A DNA stretch of 64,000 nucleotides from an uncultured delta proteobacterium (GCA_963724765.1 CAVRVY010000003.1:800001-864000), one strand, 5' to 3'; counted from the stretch's first letter, positions 49,962 to 60,878 are shown. A program made the numbers and translations. The notes: generated by a model not told the origin, from the sequence alone.

Positions 49962-50168
49962 ACTGATTTTCGGGCCAAGTTTTCGGCTGGGGTTTTTTCG
50001 GGCGAAGCTTTTCCGGCGAGATCTTTCACTCATGGAATGAATGGCTTCGCCACCCCGCTCGGGAAGTGAGCGCGCTCGGACCTCGGCGCCAGTGACAGGC
50101 GAGCGGTCGCTCGGCTTCTTCCGCCGCAGTTTCTTCCTGCGGTTATGGGCGGACTATAGCCGGCGACT

Positions 50169-50462
50169 CTATTGGTTGGAGCGATCGGTACCGTTACCGT
50201 TGGAGGGCTTGGCCACCAGCTTGGGCTTACGAATCACGAGCGTTTCGTGACCGCGAACCCTGATCGTGCGGGCGGACTCGGACTGCGAACCGGAACCTGC
50301 ACCGTCGGGTTCACTTTGCCTCGGTCGTGTCGCGGTTCGCCGCCGCCGCCAGTTACTGAGCTCTTGGGAGAGTTTGGTAGCCAGCGAGTCGTTGTTCTGG
50401 TCAGCGTCCATGGCGGACTCGTTCTCCTTATCGATATCGTTTGGTGTATCCTGCGAACTCAT
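50169..50462 (-). CDS. Small disordered hypothetical protein
   Basis: GGAGG/AAGGA upstream; acidic N half, basic C half. Confidence 0.5.
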   Translation of the reverse strand: MSSQDTPNDIDKENESAMDADQNNDSLATKLSQELSNWRRRRTATRPRQSEPDGAGSGSQSESARTIRVRGHETLVIRKPKLVAKPSNGNGTDRSNQ

Positions 50463-50742
50463 TGAGGTATTCCTTCTTTCCTCCCCTACCGGGTTAATTC
50501 CCAGCGATAGAAATGCTTTAAGACAGGACTAAAATGAACGAGGCTGTGGGTCCGTCTGATGAGACGGGACGCTGCGCGGCCTCTTCACCTGTTTCTATTG
50601 TCCATTGAGCGGCCAGAGGCAGCGACGATTGTCGCACGCTCCAGCCTTACGCGGTTCTTCGAGATATTGTCGAGCTAATAGCGGGTTCTATCTTTGGCCC
50701 CCCGGTCCTCCCCCGGACCGCGGATGGCGGGTCGGCTTCGGT

Positions 50743-51072
50743 TTAGCCGAACAGGCTCTGCAACCGAAGCGCCAGCCCCATGTCTCCTGCAATCTTCAGC
50801 TTTCCAGTCATGAACGCCATTTGGCCATTGAGCTTGCCATTGACCATATCCAAGTAATCCTTGGAGGTCATGGAAATGGTAATGTTGGGTGAAGCTGCCT
50901 TTCCTTCCTTTACTTCGCACTGCTCGTTAGCGACTACCGCATACCACTGGCCGCCGCCGTCACCGGAGAGGTCGAACTGGTAGGTCGCACTAAGTCCCTT
51001 CGCGGCGTCCTTTTTGAACCGCGACGCCATGTTGTCGAAGACCTCTTTGCACGAAGACGCGGACTCAGCCAT
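50743..51072 (-). CDS. SCP2 sterol-binding domain protein
   Basis: YQFDLSG.GGG.W; QMAFMTGKLKI.GDM.LA. Confidence 0.93.
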   Translation of the reverse strand: MAESASSCKEVFDNMASRFKKDAAKGLSATYQFDLSGDGGGQWYAVVANEQCEVKEGKAASPNITISMTSKDYLDMVNGKLNGQMAFMTGKLKIAGDMGLALRLQSLFG

Positions 51073-51248
51073 TTGTAAACGGGGCCTCCTGCAGGGGCGC
51101 AGTGGGAAAGGTTCCTAAGGCCAGTGTAAGCGTCAGCCGAAAAGAATGTCAATAGCGACGCTGCCTCGAACCACCGGTTAAATTTGAAGGCACGCGTGGT
51201 TTAAACCCTCTGAATCAAGGCCTCTTTCACGGCGCGCGCCCGTTTTCA

Positions 51249-51288
51249 AATCCCCGCGTTCAGCCTGAATCCCCGCGTTCAGCCTGAA
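51249..51288. repeat. 19 bp perfect tandem duplication
   Basis: aatccccgcgttcagcctg x2, intergenic. Confidence 0.9.
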
Positions 51289-51303
51289 GATCGCCTATCT
51301 GCC

Positions 51304-52824
51304 CTAGAAACCGAATACCCTGCCGACCGCGACCCGGATCAGGTTGGTGCGCACCGTAACGGGAGCTGCGCCCTCGGCGATAGTGACGGCGCGGTCGCGG
51401 TCGAGCTTGTTGGCGACCTCCCCGTCGAGGTACGCGTCGTGCCCGATCACCCTTACCGTCACGCCGGTCAGCCCCGCACCGACCAGGGCCTGCGAGATCT
51501 GTTGCTGACGAGCGGCCCACACCGACGTGTCGGTGGTCGTCTGATCGATAACGCCGGTGACCCCGCTCACGCTGCGCGCAGTTCGCACGGCCACGCGCTT
51601 GTCGTCGTCGTCGAAGACCTTGCCATAAAGCGTCACCACGCCGCCGTTGGTATAGGCATTGACGCGGTTAAGCTTGCGATTGGAACGCAGCGCCGACTGA
51701 ACCTGCTCCAGCAGCGATGGCCTCGGCGGCCGCGCCGAGGCAACGCGCTTGTGCCGTCTGGGAGTGGGGGGCGTCGCGACAACCGGCGCCGTCGCTTCCA
51801 TCGGGGGCGGCGCGACGGTCGGCACGGCGGCCGGGGCGAAGGCGTACTCCGGAGAAGAGGTCGCACCCAGGGCGGCGACCTTGGTCGCGAGGCCCGAATC
51901 GATAGCGCTGGCCTGGGCGGCGTCGCGCGCGAAGATCACCGGATAGTCCGCACTGACCTCGCCACCGTTGATGGGCGCAAATGTCCATCCCATCATCACC
52001 TTGACCGCCGCCGCGTCGAGTTCGGGGTTGGGCGCGGTAGAGGTCCGCACCACGGCGCCGGTTACCGCGCCACTGGGCGCCACCGTCAACCGCACCATCA
52101 TCCCGTCGTCGATTGGCGATCCGCCCGCGAGCACGCCGCGGTAGGCATCGAGCAGGCCGCTCTTACCGAGATCGAAAACTTTGTGCGCCGCGTCAACACT
52201 ACGCTCCGGCGCCGCCGCCGACTCGCCGATCGTCTGTACCGGCACGCTATGCGCCAGGTCGACCGTCGGGCCGCTCGCCACGGCGGCCGGGCTCGCCGTG
52301 GCGGCCGGGGACGCCTCGACCGTTTTCGGCGGCGATATCGCAGGCCTCGAGCTCAGATGGATTGCGAGCGCAGCGCCTCCGGCTAATGCGACAATCGCCG
52401 CCACCGAGTAACCGATTACGCTCGCCAGGGGCCGGCGCTGTTCATCGTCGGCCTCGTCAACAGGCGGAGTGGGCGGCGTGAACTGGGTCGCGGTCAGTCG
52501 GTCCTGGACGGGAACATAGGTCTCGGGACGCTGGCGCGGCGTCCCCGGGGCCGCACCGCCAAGCGCCGCGCCGCGAGCGGACGCCGGTCCGCCTGCGGGC
52601 GGCGCGCCGCCGCTAACCGGCAGCCGCGCGCCGCAGAAATTGCACATCAGCTCGTCCGGCTCGGCCTTGCCGCCGCACACGGGACATTCGATCTGTTGTT
52701 CGCGCGCGTCAGCCATCTTTGCCGTGCCGGCGGCCGCCGCGGAGGGGGTAAGCGCGGTGCCGTCGGTCTCGCAAAACGACTCGTCGTCGGGATAACTCCT
52801 GGCGCATCGTGGACAAGTCTTCAT
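51304..52824 (-). CDS. Zinc-ribbon / TM / TonB C-terminal-like / 2x BON domain protein
   Basis: CPRC..C and CPVC..CNFC; one TM; V.PSG.V...WTF...YP..F; GVVTLYG.V...V.GVTGV. Confidence 0.75.
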   Translation of the reverse strand: MKTCPRCARSYPDDESFCETDGTALTPSAAAAGTAKMADAREQQIECPVCGGKAEPDELMCNFCGARLPVSGGAPPAGGPASARGAALGGAAPGTPRQRPETYVPVQDRLTATQFTPPTPPVDEADDEQRRPLASVIGYSVAAIVALAGGAALAIHLSSRPAISPPKTVEASPAATASPAAVASGPTVDLAHSVPVQTIGESAAAPERSVDAAHKVFDLGKSGLLDAYRGVLAGGSPIDDGMMVRLTVAPSGAVTGAVVRTSTAPNPELDAAAVKVMMGWTFAPINGGEVSADYPVIFARDAAQASAIDSGLATKVAALGATSSPEYAFAPAAVPTVAPPPMEATAPVVATPPTPRRHKRVASARPPRPSLLEQVQSALRSNRKLNRVNAYTNGGVVTLYGKVFDDDDKRVAVRTARSVSGVTGVIDQTTTDTSVWAARQQQISQALVGAGLTGVTVRVIGHDAYLDGEVANKLDRDRAVTIAEGAAPVTVRTNLIRVAVGRVFGF

Positions 52825-52984
52825 GGCTTAAGGATGGCCTCCTGGACGCATCGCCGAACCCGGTATCCTCTCAATTCGCCCGTTATTCCCGGCGTATCGA
52901 TGATATCCGCAGGGTCGTACGCTACGCTACATGGCTTAGTTACACCCAGCTTGCGCGGCGCGCGCTGGCATCGCGTTTCCCGCA

Positions 52985-53839
52985 CTAGTGCCGCGCCATC
53001 ACCTGGCTGTGGAACTGTTCCATCGCGGCGATTGCGCGCTCGGCCTGGCGCGCTCCGGGGATTATCAGCCTCGAGACGCCGGCCTGGGCGAACGCGTTGA
53101 CCAGCTCGACGGTCAAGGGCTCGCCCAGGCGCGGGCTGAGCGTGATTTCCAACGGCGTCGAGCGATTCTGAGCGCGTTCATGGCCGCGCAGCCGAGCGAT
53201 CAAATCCCGTGTCTCGTGAATGTCCTCGGCGATCCCGTACCATCCATCCGCCAGTTGTGCGGCCCGGCGCAGCGAGGGCTCGGCATGGCCGCCGAAGATG
53301 ATCGGTGGACGCGGCTGCTGGATCGGCTTGGGCATGAATCTCACGCCCTCGAGGTGGACCGTGCGGCCCGCGAACGTCGGCTCCTTGCGCGTCCACAGTT
53401 CGTCCATCAGGGCGAGGTACTCGCGAGTGCGCCGCGCGCGGTCGGCAAACGACATCCCCACCGCCTCGAATTCCTCCTCCAGCCATCCGATACCCACGCC
53501 GAAGATGAAGCGGCCGCCCGAAAGCACGTCGAGGCTGGCGACCGCCTTGGCCGTAGCGACTGCATTGCGCAGCGGCACCACGAAGATGCCGGTCGCCAGC
53601 CGGATGTGGCTGGTGACGGCAGCGACGTAAGCGAGCGCCAGGAAAGGATCGTGCAGCGGCGTATCGGGCGGCGCGGGCATCCGGCCGTCCGCGGCGTACG
53701 GATAGCGCGACCGGTAGTTGACCGGCAAAACGAGATGCTCAGGAATCCAAAGCGACTCGAACCCCAGTTTCTCGGCCCTGCGCGCGACGCGGGCGAGGTC
53801 GGGGCCTGCGATCTGATAAAGGAACGTCGCGAACTTCAC
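52985..53839 (-). CDS. LLM-class putative F420-dependent oxidoreductase
   Basis: W.PEH, DPF..LA, LDVLSGGR, GVGIGW.EEF, PKPIQ. Confidence 0.88.
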   Translation of the reverse strand: MKFATFLYQIAGPDLARVARRAEKLGFESLWIPEHLVLPVNYRSRYPYAADGRMPAPPDTPLHDPFLALAYVAAVTSHIRLATGIFVVPLRNAVATAKAVASLDVLSGGRFIFGVGIGWLEEEFEAVGMSFADRARRTREYLALMDELWTRKEPTFAGRTVHLEGVRFMPKPIQQPRPPIIFGGHAEPSLRRAAQLADGWYGIAEDIHETRDLIARLRGHERAQNRSTPLEITLSPRLGEPLTVELVNAFAQAGVSRLIIPGARQAERAIAAMEQFHSQVMARH

Positions 53840-53952
53840 CCCTTCACCTCGCGCATCTTGCACAACCCTCGCCCACGCGGCCTGGTTCCACACGCGACCG
53901 GAACACAGCGGCGGGCGCGCCCGTCACGACCACACTCAGCGCCGCGCGGGAG

Positions 53953-54171
53953 TTAGACCGAGCCGCTTTCGAGACGAAACCCTATTTTGACGTGAACCTG
54001 GAACTCGGGCTCGCCCTTGGCGTTGACCGACCCGCGGATTTCGCGGACTTCGAACCAGTCGATGTTGCGCAGCGTCTGGCTGGCCTTTTTGAGCGCGTTG
54101 CGCACGCCCTGGTGGATGCTCTGGTCGGAGACGCCGACCACGTCGACTATCTTGTAGGTTTTGTCGGGCAT
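53953..54171 (-). CDS. Dodecin (flavin storage protein)
   Basis: TYK..DVVG.S...A..TLRNIDWFEV...FQV..KIGF. Confidence 0.92.
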   Translation of the reverse strand: MPDKTYKIVDVVGVSDQSIHQGVRNALKKASQTLRNIDWFEVREIRGSVNAKGEPEFQVHVKIGFRLESGSV

Positions 54172-54275
54172 GGGATTTTCTCCTGGCGTTTGCACGCCTC
54201 GCTTAAACTCGCTGCCACTGGACTCTTATGCCAAGATCCTCACCCCCGGCCACGCATCGCGGTGACCCTGCCGGC

Positions 54276-55721
54276 TTACGGCCGTGCAGTTGGAAACGAT
54301 ACCGCGAACACCGCCGCATCGTCCACCGCTCTCACGTCGAGCAGGAAGGCGTCGTCCGCGATGCGCCCGATGACCGGCGGGCGGGCCGCGCGGAACATCG
54401 CGGCAATCGCTTCGGGCGCAAGCTCCGGATGAGTCACGCGGACGGCACGGGAGGGAATCTGTTCGGTCGGCTGCGCACCCGATCCGATTTGCGAAAATGA
54501 CGGCACGACCTCGAGGGCGAAATCGCCGCCAAGACGCTCGGCCAGGATCTCGCGAGCGCGCTCGGCGAGTTGCTCAAGCTCGCCCGTCGTGCGGCCTAGG
54601 TAGCGCAGCGTCGGCAACGTCGCGGCCAGGTCGCCTGCGCGAAGATAAAGCCGCAACGTCGCTTCCAGAGCGGCCAGCGTCAGCTTGTCGCAGCGGAGCG
54701 CGCGCCTGAGCGCATTCGCGCGCAGCTTCTTCACCAGCTCGCGCCGCCCCACCGCCACTCCCGCTTGCGGCCCGCCCAGCAACTTGTCGCCCGAAAACGT
54801 CACCAGGCCGGCGCCCGCCGCTATGCGTTCGGCGACCATCGGCTCGCGCGGAAGATCGAGCCGTCCGAGATCGATCAACGCACCCGAGCCCAGATCCTCG
54901 ACCACGTCGATTCCATGGCGCCGTCCGATTTCCACCAGCTCGGCCAGCCCGACCTCGGCGGTGAAGCCGACCACGCGGTAATTGGATGGATGGACTTTGA
55001 GCAGGAGCGCAGTGTCGGGACCGATGGCGCGTTCGTAGTCGGCGGGATGAGTGCGATTGGTGGTGCCGACTTCGCGCAAGCGCGCGCCGCTGTGTTCCAT
55101 CAGATCGGGCAGCCTGAACGAGCCGCCGATTTCGATTAGCTCGCCGCGCGAGACCACGACCTCGCGCCCGGCGGCGAGCGAGTTGAGCGCGAGCAATATG
55201 GCGGCGGCATTGTTGTTGACCACCGTCGCCGCTTCGGCGCCGGTCAGCGCGCACAACTCCTCTTCAACCAGCGCGTCGCGCTCACCGCGGCCGCCGCTCT
55301 CGAAGTCGTACTCCAGGTTGACCGCCGATCGCGCCGCCGCCGCCATCGCTTCGATCGCCGGCTCGGCCAGCAGCGCGCGGCCGAGATTGGTGTGGAGCAC
55401 AACGCCGGTCGCGTTGATCAGGGGACGCAAGGATGGCTCGTCGGCTTCGATAGCGGCGCGCGTGCGCCGGAGGACCTCCTCGACCATCGCCTGGCGCGTG
55501 GGCGAGGCAAACGCGGCAGGCAACCCCGGCTTGGATAAAACCGCAAGCCGCAGTTCCGCCTGTGCCCGCCGCACCATCAGCTTGACGTACTCGCGCCCAA
55601 GTCCGTCAATTCCAGCGACACCCTCGCACGCGCGCAGGCATTCGTCGACCGGCGGCATCGCGCGCAACAACTCGGCCCGCGCGACTGCCGCGCGACCCTT
55701 CTTCGTTTGGCCGGAACTCAT
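54276..55721 (-). CDS. selA: L-seryl-tRNA(Sec) selenium transferase
   Basis: INATGVVLHTNLGRA, VNNNAAA, EIGGSFR, FSGDKLLGGPQ. Confidence 0.96.
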   Translation of the reverse strand: MSSGQTKKGRAAVARAELLRAMPPVDECLRACEGVAGIDGLGREYVKLMVRRAQAELRLAVLSKPGLPAAFASPTRQAMVEEVLRRTRAAIEADEPSLRPLINATGVVLHTNLGRALLAEPAIEAMAAAARSAVNLEYDFESGGRGERDALVEEELCALTGAEAATVVNNNAAAILLALNSLAAGREVVVSRGELIEIGGSFRLPDLMEHSGARLREVGTTNRTHPADYERAIGPDTALLLKVHPSNYRVVGFTAEVGLAELVEIGRRHGIDVVEDLGSGALIDLGRLDLPREPMVAERIAAGAGLVTFSGDKLLGGPQAGVAVGRRELVKKLRANALRRALRCDKLTLAALEATLRLYLRAGDLAATLPTLRYLGRTTGELEQLAERAREILAERLGGDFALEVVPSFSQIGSGAQPTEQIPSRAVRVTHPELAPEAIAAMFRAARPPVIGRIADDAFLLDVRAVDDAAVFAVSFPTARP

Positions 55722-55788
55722 TTGAAGCTCGCCTCGTCCAAAAACGAACGCCTCATTATCCGCGTCGCGCACGGCCCTGGCCGGGCGT

Positions 55789-57120
55789 TCAGACCGCGCG
55801 ATCGCGGGCAGCTTGCGCGGCGGCGATAACGGAAAGCCTCGCTACCAGGATGATGCCGCAGATAAGCGTCGCCACGGCCGACACCGCAACCGCGATCTGC
55901 GGGCTCACGCGCTGGCCGATATAGCCGACCTCCAGACTGCCAATCGGCGCAAGCCCGATGAACGATAGCGTGTACATGCTCATCACCCGCCCACGCAACT
56001 CGTCCGAGACGAATAGCTGGAGCATCGTATTGCTGGTCGCCATGTAATTGATCAGTCCCGCGCCGATCAGCATTTGTGACAGCAGCGACAGCCACATCAA
56101 GGACGTAAAGCCGAACACGAAAATTCCGGCCGCGGAGCCGAACAGGCCGAAAATGAGGTTTTGGCGAAGCCCGCGCGGCGTCTTGCTCGAGGCCAGCACG
56201 AAGGCGCCGATCAACGCGCCCACACCCTGGGCGGCGAGCAGAAAGCCGTAGGCACGGGGGCCGCCGTGCAACACATCGCGGGCGAAGACCGGAATCAGCA
56301 CCGAGTACTGCATCCCGAAGCCCGCGTTGAGCGCGATCAGCAGCAGCAGATAGAAGCTCGCGCGATGATGCCAGATGTAATCGAAGCCCTCGCGCAGGCG
56401 CGTGAACATCGCCGACCCGATGCGCGGCAACTCGCGCGCCTCCAGCTCCATCTCGAGCAGGCTCCAAATGACCGCGATATAACTAAGCCCGTTAAGGAAA
56501 AAGCATCCCGCAATGCCGATTACGCTGATCAGAACGCCAGCGACGGCGGGCCCGACCACGCGCGCGCCGTTGAAGATCATCGAGTTGAGCGCGATCGCGT
56601 TGGGCAAATCCTCGCGCCCGACCATCTCGACCACGAAGCTCTGACGCGCCGGCATGTCGAAGGCCGTTACCAGGCCATTGATCGCGGCCAGTATGATCAC
56701 GTGCTCGACTCGCACCACGCCGGCCCAGGTGAGCGCCGCCAGGATGAACGCGCTCAACATCAGCAGCACCTGGGTGATGACGATCAGCCGGCGCCGATCG
56801 GCGTGATCGACAATCACGCCGGCGAACAGCGTCACCAGCAGCACCGGCAGGTAGCCGGCGAAGCTGACCACGCCGAGCATCATGGCCGAGTTGGTAAGCT
56901 TGAGCACCAGCCATCCCTGCGCCACCGACTGCATCCAGGTGCCGATGAGCGAGACGAACTGGCCGCCGAAAAACAGCCGGAAATTGCGATGGCGCAGCGC
57001 GCGAAAGGCGCCCACCGGCCCGGCCGAAGATTCGACCAGAGGTTCGGATTGTACGGGCGCTGCGGCGGTCGGGTTACCCCCGCAAGGGGTGTCGGCGGAA
57101 GTCTCGATGGGAGCGCTCAT
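55789..57120 (-). CDS. MFS transporter
   Basis: NFRLFF.GQ..S..GTWMQ, D.PARQ, RGRVMS. Confidence 0.92.
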   Translation of the reverse strand: MSAPIETSADTPCGGNPTAAAPVQSEPLVESSAGPVGAFRALRHRNFRLFFGGQFVSLIGTWMQSVAQGWLVLKLTNSAMMLGVVSFAGYLPVLLVTLFAGVIVDHADRRRLIVITQVLLMLSAFILAALTWAGVVRVEHVIILAAINGLVTAFDMPARQSFVVEMVGREDLPNAIALNSMIFNGARVVGPAVAGVLISVIGIAGCFFLNGLSYIAVIWSLLEMELEARELPRIGSAMFTRLREGFDYIWHHRASFYLLLLIALNAGFGMQYSVLIPVFARDVLHGGPRAYGFLLAAQGVGALIGAFVLASSKTPRGLRQNLIFGLFGSAAGIFVFGFTSLMWLSLLSQMLIGAGLINYMATSNTMLQLFVSDELRGRVMSMYTLSFIGLAPIGSLEVGYIGQRVSPQIAVAVSAVATLICGIILVARLSVIAAAQAARDRAV

Positions 57121-57244
57121 TGAGGAATAGGGCCAGTTTGGCAAAGTCGGAGGCGGCTGGCGAGCGCGGCCTCAAAAAGCGGTCAAAGCGGCGCTCACGC
57201 GGGGATTCACGCGCAGGTGAGCGGTGGTGTAAGATTATAATCCC

Positions 57245-58435
57245 ATGTTCGGAGAATTAATTCCGCGCGAGAAGAGCAAGGCCCCGTTTATCTCTATCGA
57301 GGAAGCGCTCGAGGAGATCCGACGCGGCCGCATGATCATCCTGATGGATGACGAGCAGCGCGAAAACGAAGGCGACCTCTGCATGGCCGCCGAGCTCGCC
57401 ACCACTGAAGCCATCAACTTCATGGCCACGCATGGACGCGGTCTGATCTGTCTGCCGATGGCGCCCGAGCGGATCGAACAACTCGGACTCAGCATGATGG
57501 TCGGTGACAACCAGGCCCCGCTCGGCACCGCTTTTACCGTGCCGATCACCGCGCGGCGCGCCAGCGGCTCGGGTATCTCGGCCCGCGATCGTGCGACCAC
57601 GATTCTGCAGGCCGTGCGTGAGGACGCCACTGGCGCCGAGTTCGTCAGTCCCGGCTACGTCTATCCGCTGCGCGCGCGTGAGGGCGGCGTGCTGGTGCGT
57701 ACCGGCCAGACCGAGGGCGGAGTCGACCTGGCGCGGCTGGCCGGGCTCAAACCCGCCGGGGTCATCTGCGAGATCCTCAAGGAAGACGGCACGATGGCGC
57801 GACGCGACGACCTGGTGGACTTCGCCCGCATCCACGGGCTCAAGATCGTCACCGTCGCCGACATTATCGAGTATCGCTTGCGCAACGAAACGATGGTGCA
57901 GCGGATCGCCGAGGCCCGCCTGCCCACCCATTGCGGCGAGTTTCGCGCCTTCGTCTATCGCAACCGGGTCGACTCGACCGAGCATCTGGTGCTGGTGATG
58001 GGTACGATCGATCCCGACCGTCCAGTGCGCGTGCGAGCACATCGCGAGTATCTGCCCGGCGACGTCTTCGGTTACGCGCCGCGCAATACCCGCAGCCTCC
58101 TGCTGGCCGCGATGGAGCGTATCGCAGCGATCGGCGAGGGCGTTATCCTTTACCTCAAGCGCGAGTCCGACACGATCGCCAGCGACATGGACAACCGCCG
58201 CGCCGCGGCGGCCGCGCGCCGCAACTGGTATCTTCGCGCCAGCACCCATCTGAGCCCGCCCGAGGCCGACTTCCGCGACTACGGAATAGGTGCGCAGATC
58301 CTGCGCGACGTCGGTGTACGTAAAATGATTCTGCTATCCGACCAGGCGCCTCGGCTGGCCAATCTGCCAGGGTACGGATTGGAGATTATCGGCAGCGAGC
58401 CGCTTTCCGATGGCGAAGGGGTGCCGGGAAGTTGA
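57245..58435 (+). CDS. ribB: DHBP synthase fused to a degenerate GTP cyclohydrolase II domain (RibBX type)
   Basis: DD..RENEGD, GLIC, TAFT, ICEI intact; zinc cysteines of the GCHII domain lost. Confidence 0.9.
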   Translation: MFGELIPREKSKAPFISIEEALEEIRRGRMIILMDDEQRENEGDLCMAAELATTEAINFMATHGRGLICLPMAPERIEQLGLSMMVGDNQAPLGTAFTVPITARRASGSGISARDRATTILQAVREDATGAEFVSPGYVYPLRAREGGVLVRTGQTEGGVDLARLAGLKPAGVICEILKEDGTMARRDDLVDFARIHGLKIVTVADIIEYRLRNETMVQRIAEARLPTHCGEFRAFVYRNRVDSTEHLVLVMGTIDPDRPVRVRAHREYLPGDVFGYAPRNTRSLLLAAMERIAAIGEGVILYLKRESDTIASDMDNRRAAAAARRNWYLRASTHLSPPEADFRDYGIGAQILRDVGVRKMILLSDQAPRLANLPGYGLEIIGSEPLSDGEGVPGS

Positions 58436-58517
58436 GCCCAGGCTGAGAGTCGGATGAATCCGAGCCGGACGCATTCAAGCGCGCGGAACCGCGCCTGAAA
58501 TTACGGGATTATTCCAG

Positions 58518-60548
58518 GTGATGAGTAGATATCGCCCCCTGTGGCGCTTTTTTGGAGATCGGGGGTCTAACCGTAGCTCCGCTGGGGCAGTCGTGCGCTC
58601 GTCCGGCGCATTGGCGATCGCGATTTTCGCGGTCGCGATTGCCGCGCGCCTTGCCTGGCCGCAGGCCGCGAACGCACAGGATTCACAGGACCTGCCGAAA
58701 CCGTCGGAAGTCGTCAAAATCGACTCGCTCAAGCTGGGCGGCGCGCTCAAGCCAGGCGCTACCAGCCAGCTCGAGGTCGAAGCCGAGATCCTTCCCGGAT
58801 GGCATATCAACTCGAACCATCCGAACTCGGCCGATTTCATCCGAACCACGCTCTCGGTAACTCCGCCCGCAGCGGTAAAAGCTGGCGCCGTTACCTATCC
58901 GCCGGCCGACGAGATCGCGCCCGCCTTTTCCGGCGGCGAGAAACTTTCGGTTTTCACCGGCACGATGAAATTCACGGTCCCGTTGAGCGCGGCGGCGGGC
59001 TTCAAGTCCGACTCGGGCGCCGAAGTCGGGGTTACGCTGGAATACCAGCCGTGCAACGACAACATCTGCATGCCGCCGGCCAAGGTCAGCGCCAGCGCCT
59101 CGCTGGGCTCGATGCAACCGGCTTCCGCGACCTCGTCGCCTCACGCCGCGCTTGAACGCGCTCGGCTGCTGGCCGTGGCCTTCGGCGACAACGGCGGCGA
59201 CTCGTCCGGCGATTCGTCGGACGTTTCATCGGACAATTCGCCCGACAATTCGTCGAACGACGGCGGCCCGCAAGCGCCCGAATCGGAGCTGGCCAATATC
59301 TTTCTGGCCCATGGGATGCTGATCGGTCTGCTCGCGGTGTTGCTCGGCGGGCTCGCGCTGAATCTGACGCCGTGCGTTTATCCATTGATCGGCGTGACGA
59401 TCGCGTACTTCGGCAACCAGGGCGGCGGTCCGCGCAAAATCGCCGTGCTCGCCGTCATTTACGTATTGGGGATCGCGCTTACGTTTTCGCTGGCCGGCGT
59501 CGCCGTGGCGCTTTCCGGAGGACTGTTTGGCGCGGCATTGCAAAATCCGCTGGTGCTGATCGCGATCGCCGCGATGCTGCTGGTGCTGGCGGCCTCCAGC
59601 TTCGGGATGTTTTCGCTCAAGCCGCCGCAATGGCTGATGCGCCGGGCGGGAGTGGCACGGCCGGGCTACCTCGGATCGCTCGTGATGGGCCTCGGGATGG
59701 GCGTGGTGGCGGCTCCATGCATCGGGCCGATCGTGCTCGGACTGTTGCTGATGGTCGAGCGCAGCGAGAGCCCCGTCTTCGGCTTCGCGCTCTTCTTTAC
59801 CCTGGCGATCGGACTCGGACTGCCCTATATCGCGCTGGCCCTGGCGGCCGGGCACATCAAGACTCTGCCGCGCTCGGGCGAGTGGCTCGCGTGGGTCGAG
59901 CAACTCTTCGGCTTCGTGCTGGTCGGGCTGGCGCTGTACTTCCTGGACCCGGTGACGCGCGGCTGGACGACGCGGGTCATTCCGTACTACGCGGTCGCGG
60001 CCGGCATCTTCCTGGGTTTCGTGACTCCCGCGGGGCGCCGATGGCGTCCGTTCCTAGTCTTCCGCAGTGTACTGGGAGCGCTTTCGCTGGGCGCGCTCGT
60101 CTGGATGCTGATGTTCTCCGCGGCCAAGCCTGCGGCGCAATTGGCCTTTACTCCGTACGACGTCGCGATCCTCAATCAGGCTCGCGCAGCCAAAAAACCG
60201 GTGGTGATCGATTTCAGCGCCGCCTGGTGCGTTCCGTGCCGCGAGATGATCCGCACGACGTTTCGCGACCCGGCGGTTATCGAGGCCGCCTCGCACTTCG
60301 TCCGTCTCCAGGCCGACATCACTGATCGCGACAACCGCAACACGCAACTCGCCCTGCAGTATGCGATTAGAGGCGTGCCAACGACGGTCTTCATCGACAA
60401 GCACGGCCGGATATTGAAGCGTGAGGTCGGCTATCTGAACTCTCGCCGCTTCCTGAGCGATTTGCGTCAAATCGACGAGATGGACGGCCTGCCCGAGGTC
60501 CGCGCGACACCGCCGAGCATTCACGTCAAGCTCGCAGCCTCACTTTAA
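58518..60548 (+). CDS. dsbD: Thiol:disulfide interchange protein DsbD
   Basis: QPCND.ICMPP, LTPCVYP, APCIGP, WCVPC; start uncertain. Confidence 0.9.
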   Translation: MMSRYRPLWRFFGDRGSNRSSAGAVVRSSGALAIAIFAVAIAARLAWPQAANAQDSQDLPKPSEVVKIDSLKLGGALKPGATSQLEVEAEILPGWHINSNHPNSADFIRTTLSVTPPAAVKAGAVTYPPADEIAPAFSGGEKLSVFTGTMKFTVPLSAAAGFKSDSGAEVGVTLEYQPCNDNICMPPAKVSASASLGSMQPASATSSPHAALERARLLAVAFGDNGGDSSGDSSDVSSDNSPDNSSNDGGPQAPESELANIFLAHGMLIGLLAVLLGGLALNLTPCVYPLIGVTIAYFGNQGGGPRKIAVLAVIYVLGIALTFSLAGVAVALSGGLFGAALQNPLVLIAIAAMLLVLAASSFGMFSLKPPQWLMRRAGVARPGYLGSLVMGLGMGVVAAPCIGPIVLGLLLMVERSESPVFGFALFFTLAIGLGLPYIALALAAGHIKTLPRSGEWLAWVEQLFGFVLVGLALYFLDPVTRGWTTRVIPYYAVAAGIFLGFVTPAGRRWRPFLVFRSVLGALSLGALVWMLMFSAAKPAAQLAFTPYDVAILNQARAAKKPVVIDFSAAWCVPCREMIRTTFRDPAVIEAASHFVRLQADITDRDNRNTQLALQYAIRGVPTTVFIDKHGRILKREVGYLNSRRFLSDLRQIDEMDGLPEVRATPPSIHVKLAASL

Positions 60549-60878
60549 ACCGGGGACTTGCCGGCAGGTCGGCCTTGGGGCGCGACATTCGCCCGACGGT
60601 TGGCGGCTCTGACTTTTTCGCGTAGTCCGGTTAGACAGCCTCGCGCAGAAGCATTCTTGGGCCATGACCGTCGTTTTCGAGGGCCAGAATGCTCTCCGGC
60701 TATCGTACGAACGCCATTCTATTCAGGCATGATGACATTTTCTTAGCGCGCTCGCCATTCGGCTTTCTCGGAGTCTATAATTCTACTGATAAAATCTGAT
60801 CTTTCGGATTTCTAAGGTCTTTGTCAAACCGATGTTTGATTACGATGTCGCAACACGCGAATAGAAGCTGCCATTTTC

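Noticed and set aside
50550-50570. CTGATGAG resembling a hammerhead ribozyme core
   Set aside because: Sits in a simple hairpin; no downstream GAAA or cleavage stem found
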